A DNA stretch of 64,000 nucleotides. It comes from an uncultured Chloroflexia bacterium (GTDB taxonomy: Bacteria; Chloroflexota; Limnocylindria; Limnocylindrales; CSP1-4). Shown one piece after another: positions 58,514 through 64,000 of this stretch. Within the stretch, counting starts at the first letter, position 1, and each line of letters starts with the position of its first letter. Made by a program: the position numbers and the translations under genes. The notes under the pieces are model-generated. The model searched no databases and was not told the origin of the DNA. It worked only from the letters and a program-made list of their open reading frames with translations. The DNA lies in assembly GCA_963763775.1 (NCBI GenBank), contig CAVXPZ010000001.1, positions 736,001 through 800,000 of the forward strand. Direction: 5' to 3'.

Positions 58514-60943
58514 GCGCGGATCCGCTCGCTGGCGGGGTCCCACAGCGGCTCGCGCATGACTTCGAACCCGACCCAGTCGCCGAAGACCTCCACTTCGCCG
58601 CGCGTGCCGATCGGCGCCGTCGGCGGGAGGTACGCATACGCGATCGAGCGCTCGACGGCGAAGCCGTAGCCGCCGGAGGTCACCCGGCCGACGATCTCGC
58701 CATCGACCCGGACGGGCTCGTTCCCGAGGCACACCGACCGCGGGTCGTCGAGGACGAGGCAGCGCAGGCGCTTGCGCGGGCCGGCGGCCTTGGCGGCGAC
58801 GAGGGCGTCGCGGCCCAGGAAGTCGGCGGCCTTGTCGAGGGCCACGGCGAACCCGAGCCCTGCCTCGAACGGCGTCTCGTCCGGGGTGATGTCGCTGGAC
58901 CACACGCGGTAGCCCTTCTCGAGCCGGAGGGCGTCGATGGCCCGGTAGCCGCCCGCGGCGAGCCCGTGCGCGGCGCCAGCCTCCCAGAGCGTGTCCCAGA
59001 GCGCCCGGCCGTACTCCGTGGGGGCGTAGAGCTCCCAGCCGAGCTCGCCGACGTAGGTCACCCGCAATGCCAGCACCGGGACGTTGCCCACCGTGATCTC
59101 GCGCGCGGTCAGGTACGGGAAGCCCTCGTCGGAGACGTCGTCGCGCGTGAGCGGGGCGAGGATGTCGCGCGCCCGCGGACCCCAGAGCCCGAAGCAGACC
59201 CGGGACGCGGTGATGTCACGCAGGGCGACGCTCCCGTCGTCGGGCAGGTGCTCCCGAAGCCACGCCGCGTCGTGGTTCCCGACGGCCGTGCCGGTCACGA
59301 GCAGGAACGTCTCGGGCTCGGTCCGCGTGACCGTGAGGTCCGCCTGGATGCCGCCTCGCCGATCGAGCAGCTGCGTGTAGACGATCGAGCCGACGGGACG
59401 GTCGATGACGTTGGCGCACATGCGCTCGAGGAACGCCACCGCCCCTGAGCCCGCTGACCTCGAGCTTGGCGAAGGACGTCTCGTCGAAGAGGCCCGCCGC
59501 GTGGCGCGTCGCCAGCGCCTCCGCGCCGATCGCGGGCGACCAGTGCTCGCCCGCCCAGCCGCGTGGCCGGAGCCCAGCGTCGCCGGCCGCCGCATTGGAC
59601 TCGAACCAGTTGGGCCGCTCCCAGCCTGACTTCTCGCCGAAGACGGCCCCGAGGCCCTGCAATGTCTCGTATGTCGGCGAGGTGCGGAGCGGGCGGCCGG
59701 ACTGGCGCTCCTCGTTCGGGTAGTGGATGTCGTAGTAGGTGGCGTAGTTCTCGATCGATCTCGCCAGCGTGTAGCGCTGCGACCGATAGGCGGGCCCGAA
59801 CCGGCGGATGTCCATCTTCCACAGGTCGAGCTCCGGCTGGCCGTCCACGATCCAGGTCGCCATCTGCCGGCCGATCCCGCCGGCACCGGCGATGCCATGT
59901 GCGGAGAACCCGGCCGCGACGAAGAACCCGCCGACCGCCGATTCGCCGAGGATGAACTCGTTGTCCGGCGTGAACGCCTCCGGGCCGTTGATCACGCGGC
60001 TGACCCGTGCCTCCTCCATGGCCGGCACGCGCCGGATGGCGCCTTCCATGATCGATTCGAACCGGGGCATGTCCGGGGCGAGCAGTTTGCCGTTGAAGTC
60101 CGCGGGGATGCCGTCGAGGCCCCACGGCGCCGGGTCGTGCTCGTAGCCGCCCATGCACAGCCCGCCCACCTCCTCGCGGAAGTAGACGAGGTTGTCCGGG
60201 TCGCGGAGCTGCGGCAGGCCGGCGTGGACGCCGTCGATGGCCTCCGTGAAGAGGTACTGGTGGGCCATCGGGATGATCGGGACGTTGACGCCGACCAGCC
60301 CGCCGATCTCGTTCGCGAACATGCCTCCGGCGTTCACCACGACGTCCGTGGCGATCTCCTGCCGCTCGCCGCGATGCTCGACCGTCACGCCGGTGACTCG
60401 GCCGCGCTCCGTGCCGATCGCGACGACCTTCGTGTGCTGCCGGATCGTCGCGCCGCGCTGGCGGGCGCCGGCCGCGAGCGCCTGCGCGAGCCCGGACGGG
60501 TCGAGCCAGCCGTCGGTCGGGAGCCAGACGGCCCCGAGCACGCCCTCCGTCGACATCAGCGGGAAACGGTCCTGCGCCTCCTTCGCCGAGATCAGGTCCA
60601 GCGGGAGTCCGAACGTCTTCGCCCAGCCGGCCTGCCGACGCAGTTCCTCGAAGCGTTCGGGCGTCGAGGCAAGTCGGAGGGATCCGACCTCATGCCACGA
60701 CGGGTCCGTCCCGGTCTCGGCCGCCAGGCGCCGGTAGAGGGCGGCGCCGTACATCATCATCTTCGTCAGGGTCACGGTGCTGCGCAGTTGCCCGACGAGC
60801 CCGGCCGAATGGAACGTGGACCCGGACGTCAGCTCCGCGCGGTCGACGAGCACGACGTCGGTCCACCCGAGCTCGGTCAGGTGGTAGGCGATCGACGTCC
60901 CGCCGACCCCGCCGCCGATGATGACCGCCCGTGCGTGCTCCAC
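58510..60943 (-). CDS. GcvT-family FAD-dependent oxidoreductase (dimethylglycine/sarcosine dehydrogenase-like); frameshift near 59450
   Basis: IIGGGVGG, TSGSTFHSAG, NGPEAFTPD, GWERPNWF, YVGELGWE, LRLEKGY, GRVTSG. Confidence 0.9.
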
Positions 60944-61035
60944 CGCTCGCTGCTCCCTCGTCCGATGTCCCCGACTGCCCCGAAAGCCTAGCCGGTACGC
61001 CGTGACGGCGACGGGGTGGATACGCTTGTGGTGAC

Positions 61036-61953
61036 ATGGCCAGACGAGCACGCCCGACCATCGACGATGTCATCGCGGCGATCCCCGAATGGTCGGGACG
61101 CGCGGTGACGGCCGAGCCGATCCCGGCGGGCCTGACCAACACCAACTACCGCGTGACCGTCGACGGGACGCCGATGTTCGTGCGGATCCCCGGCGCGGCC
61201 ACCGAGCTGCTCGCCGTGGACCGTGGCAACGAGTTGCACAACACGCGCGCCGCCGCCAAGGCCGGCGTGTCACCGCGGGTCGTCCACGCGCTGCCCGAGT
61301 GGGACGCCTTCGTGCTCGAATGGGTCAACGGGCGGACGATGTCGAACGCGGCCTTCGCGGCGTCAGGCATGCCGACGCGCATCGCGGGCGCGCTGCGGCG
61401 GCTCCATGCCGGCCCTCGGTTCCGCGACGACTTCGACATGTTCCGCCTGTCGGAGCGCTACCTCGCGCTGGTCGACGAGCGCGGGTTCGCCGTCCCGACC
61501 GGCTATCGGGAGCGCCTGGACCGGATCCCGAGGATCGAGGCGGCCCTCGCCGTCCATCCGCTGGCGACGGTCCCATGCCACAACGACCTGCTCGCCGAGA
61601 ACTACCTCGATGACGGCGAGCAGCTGTGGATCGTGGACTTCGAGTACAGCGGCAACGATGACCCGACGTTCGAGCTCGGGAACACCGCGCAGGAGCTCGG
61701 CTTCGACGAGGCGCAGGTCCGCGAGCTGTGCGCGGCGTACTTCGGCGAGGCCTCCCCCGCCCTGCTGGCCAGGATGCGGCTCCAGATGATCATGTCGGAC
61801 GTCGGCTGGACGCTCTGGGCGGCGATCCAGGCGCGGATCTCCACGATCGACTACGACTTCACGGCCTGGGCCGAGGAGCGCTGGGCGCGGGCGAGCGCGA
61901 TGCTCGACGGCCCCGAGTTCGAGGGCTGGCTGATGGCCGTCGCGGCCGGCTGA
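61036..61953 (+). CDS. Choline/ethanolamine kinase family phosphotransferase
   Basis: GLTNTNY, VRIPG, DR.NE, CHNDLLAEN (Brenner motif), VDFEYSG.ND. Confidence 0.88.
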   Translation: MARRARPTIDDVIAAIPEWSGRAVTAEPIPAGLTNTNYRVTVDGTPMFVRIPGAATELLAVDRGNELHNTRAAAKAGVSPRVVHALPEWDAFVLEWVNGRTMSNAAFAASGMPTRIAGALRRLHAGPRFRDDFDMFRLSERYLALVDERGFAVPTGYRERLDRIPRIEAALAVHPLATVPCHNDLLAENYLDDGEQLWIVDFEYSGNDDPTFELGNTAQELGFDEAQVRELCAAYFGEASPALLARMRLQMIMSDVGWTLWAAIQARISTIDYDFTAWAEERWARASAMLDGPEFEGWLMAVAAG

Positions 61954-61957
61954 CCCG

Positions 61958-64000
61958 TCAGGCGCGCATCCGGGCGCCGGTCGGGTCCACGAGGACGTCC
62001 GCCGCGACGGCCCCGGCCAGCCGTTCACCGAAGACGTCGACGGTGACGGGCGCCCCTTCTGCGGTGTCCGCCGGCAGGTAGACGTACCCGACCACGCGCT
62101 CCACGGTCGCGCCGTACGCCACGCTGCGCAGCCGGCCGACCACCTCGCCGTCGATGCGCACGGCCTCGCCACCGAAGACGGGCTGGTAGCCCGGCGCGTC
62201 GCCGATCACGACGGTCCGCAACCGCCGTCCTGGTCCGGCTGGGCTCGCTGCACGGCGGTCGACGAGCGCGGCCCGACCGATGAACTCGCCCTTGCCGGGC
62301 CGGACGAACGCCCCGAGGCCCGCCTCATCGGGCGTGTCGAGCATCGTCATGTCCGTTCCGAAGTAGCGGTACCCCTTCTCCACCCGCAGGGAGTCGAGCG
62401 CGCGATATCCGAATGGCTCGAGCCCGCGATCGGCGCCCGATCGGCGCAGGGCGTCCCACACGAGGACGGCGCCATCCACCGAGACGCTCAGCTCCCAGCC
62501 GAGCTCGCCGGCATAGCTGATCCTCGAGGCGAGGACGTCGGTCTCGGCCACGGCGATCGTGATCGCGCGGCGCGGGGGCAGCGCCGCATCGTCGACCGCC
62601 TCGAGCGTCGCGCCCGCCAGGACGTCCCGTGCTCGCGGCCCCCACAGCCCGATCGTGGCGATCTCCGCACTGGCGTCGCGGAGGGAGACCGCGTCGTCAT
62701 CCGCGACGTTGGCGCGCAGCCAGGCAAGGTCGGACGCGACGAAGCCGGACCCCGTCACGACGCGGAACCGATCCGCAGCCAACCGCGTGATCGTCACGTC
62801 GGCGACGCACCCACCGCGTTCGTCGAGGAACGGGCTGTAGACGATGCTCCCGACCGGGCGGTCGACGTCGTTGGCCGCGACGCGCTGGAGGAGGCCGAGG
62901 GCCCCGGGCCCACTGACCTCGATCTTGCCGAACGAGCTGAGGTCGATGATCCCGGCGCGGTCTCGGACCGCGCGCGCCTCCGCGACGACGCGGTCGAACC
63001 AGGGCGGCGGCCCCCAACCCCACGCACGCTGGTCACGACCGGCCCGCCGCCACGGCCGGCCGGGCTCGTGATGATCGGCGCGCTCCCATCCCGCCCGCGT
63101 CCCGAAGACCGCCCCGGCCTCCTGGAGCCGCCCGTGCAGCGCGGAGAGCCGCTTCGGACGGCCCGCGACGTCCGCGTCATACGGATAGCGGAGTCGGTAG
63201 TAGTCGGCGTACGTCTCGCGCGCGAGGCCCGCGGCGAAACCCGGATCGCGGTAGGTGTCGGAGAACCGCCACGCGCGGTACGGGCCGATGTCGACACCCG
63301 GGTCGCCGGCCGTGATCCAGCCGGCGATCGCCCGACCGATCCCGCCACCACCGCCGAACCCATTGAGCGACAGCCCGGCCGCCACCCAGAACCCGCGCAC
63401 GCCGGGGACCGGCCCCAGGAGCGGGTTCGCGTCGGGGGTCATCGCATCGGGGTGGCAGACGAGCCGGATCGCCTCGGCGTCGGCGAGGAACGGGAATCGT
63501 CGGATCGCTCCGGCCATCAGCGGGGCGAAGCGCTCGTAGTCGGGCGCCAAGGCTCGGGCGGCGTGATCCCACGGCACGCCATCCTCCCAGCGCGACACCG
63601 GGTCGGTCTCGTACCCGCCGAAGACCATCCCACCGTGCTCGCTCTTCCCGTAGACGAGGTTGTCCGGGTCGCGGAAGCACGGCATGTCCCGCGGCAGCTC
63701 CGATCCAGGCACGGCCTTCAGGGCGATGTGCTGATGGTCGACGGGTGTCGACGGGATGAACGCCCCGACCATCGCGGCGACCTGCGGCGCCCATATCCCG
63801 GCCGCGTTGACGACGATATCCGTGTCGATCGGGACGTCGTCGGTCAGCACGCGACGGATCTCGCGACGGGCCGTCAGCTCGAACCCCGTGACACGGACGC
63901 CCGTCCGGATCCGGACCCCGAGGGCGCGCGCCGCGTCGGCGACGGCGTGGGTCGCGGTGTGCGGGTCGAGGTGGCCATCGCTCGCGATGTGGACCGCGCC
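61958..64000 (-). CDS. Second GcvT-family FAD-dependent oxidoreductase (N-terminus beyond window edge)
   Basis: DG.LDP near the edge, VVNAAGIW, HPDAMTPD, GWERAD, YAGELGWE, LRVEKGY. Confidence 0.88.
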   Translation of the reverse strand, partial: GAVHIASDGHLDPHTATHAVADAARALGVRIRTGVRVTGFELTARREIRRVLTDDVPIDTDIVVNAAGIWAPQVAAMVGAFIPSTPVDHQHIALKAVPGSELPRDMPCFRDPDNLVYGKSEHGGMVFGGYETDPVSRWEDGVPWDHAARALAPDYERFAPLMAGAIRRFPFLADAEAIRLVCHPDAMTPDANPLLGPVPGVRGFWVAAGLSLNGFGGGGGIGRAIAGWITAGDPGVDIGPYRAWRFSDTYRDPGFAAGLARETYADYYRLRYPYDADVAGRPKRLSALHGRLQEAGAVFGTRAGWERADHHEPGRPWRRAGRDQRAWGWGPPPWFDRVVAEARAVRDRAGIIDLSSFGKIEVSGPGALGLLQRVAANDVDRPVGSIVYSPFLDERGGCVADVTITRLAADRFRVVTGSGFVASDLAWLRANVADDDAVSLRDASAEIATIGLWGPRARDVLAGATLEAVDDAALPPRRAITIAVAETDVLASRISYAGELGWELSVSVDGAVLVWDALRRSGADRGLEPFGYRALDSLRVEKGYRYFGTDMTMLDTPDEAGLGAFVRPGKGEFIGRAALVDRRAASPAGPGRRLRTVVIGDAPGYQPVFGGEAVRIDGEVVGRLRSVAYGATVERVVGYVYLPADTAEGAPVTVDVFGERLAGAVAADVLVDPTGARMRA

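Overview
Very GC-rich bacterial chromosome segment, mostly housekeeping and metabolic genes. Gene content and style resemble Chloroflexota, possibly Limnocylindria/Ellin6529 (inference only). In order: M20 amidohydrolase (edge), DUF1801, a UvrD helicase fused to an Fe-S PD-(D/E)XK nuclease, rarA, murJ, a secreted C39-like peptidase, vapBC, a serine-synthesis operon (class V aminotransferase, serA, histidine phosphatase), moxR-DUF58-transglutaminase, fhaA-fhaB-rodA-pbpA, Zn-ribbon proteins, an alpha-glucoside GH13/LacI/ABC locus, valS with a T-box, tRNA-Leu-tig-clpP-clpX, cinA, a CRP/phosphodiesterase/adenylate-cyclase trio, mrp, a polyamine ABC operon with amine-catabolic genes, hisN and two GcvT-family oxidoreductases. 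Many single-base frameshifts, densest at about 30.2-34.3 kb, suggest long-read assembly errors. Best novelty candidate: a polyamine ABC importer whose ATPase (PotA) is fused in frame, through a twin-arginine-like transmembrane segment lacking a lipobox Cys, to the substrate-binding protein (PotD). Its PotB permease also carries a 47-aa hydrophobic hairpin inserted in the EAA coupling loop. Second candidate: a self-contained cyclic-nucleotide make/break/sense module with mirror-image leaderless promoters. No CRISPR array, integrase or transposase was seen.
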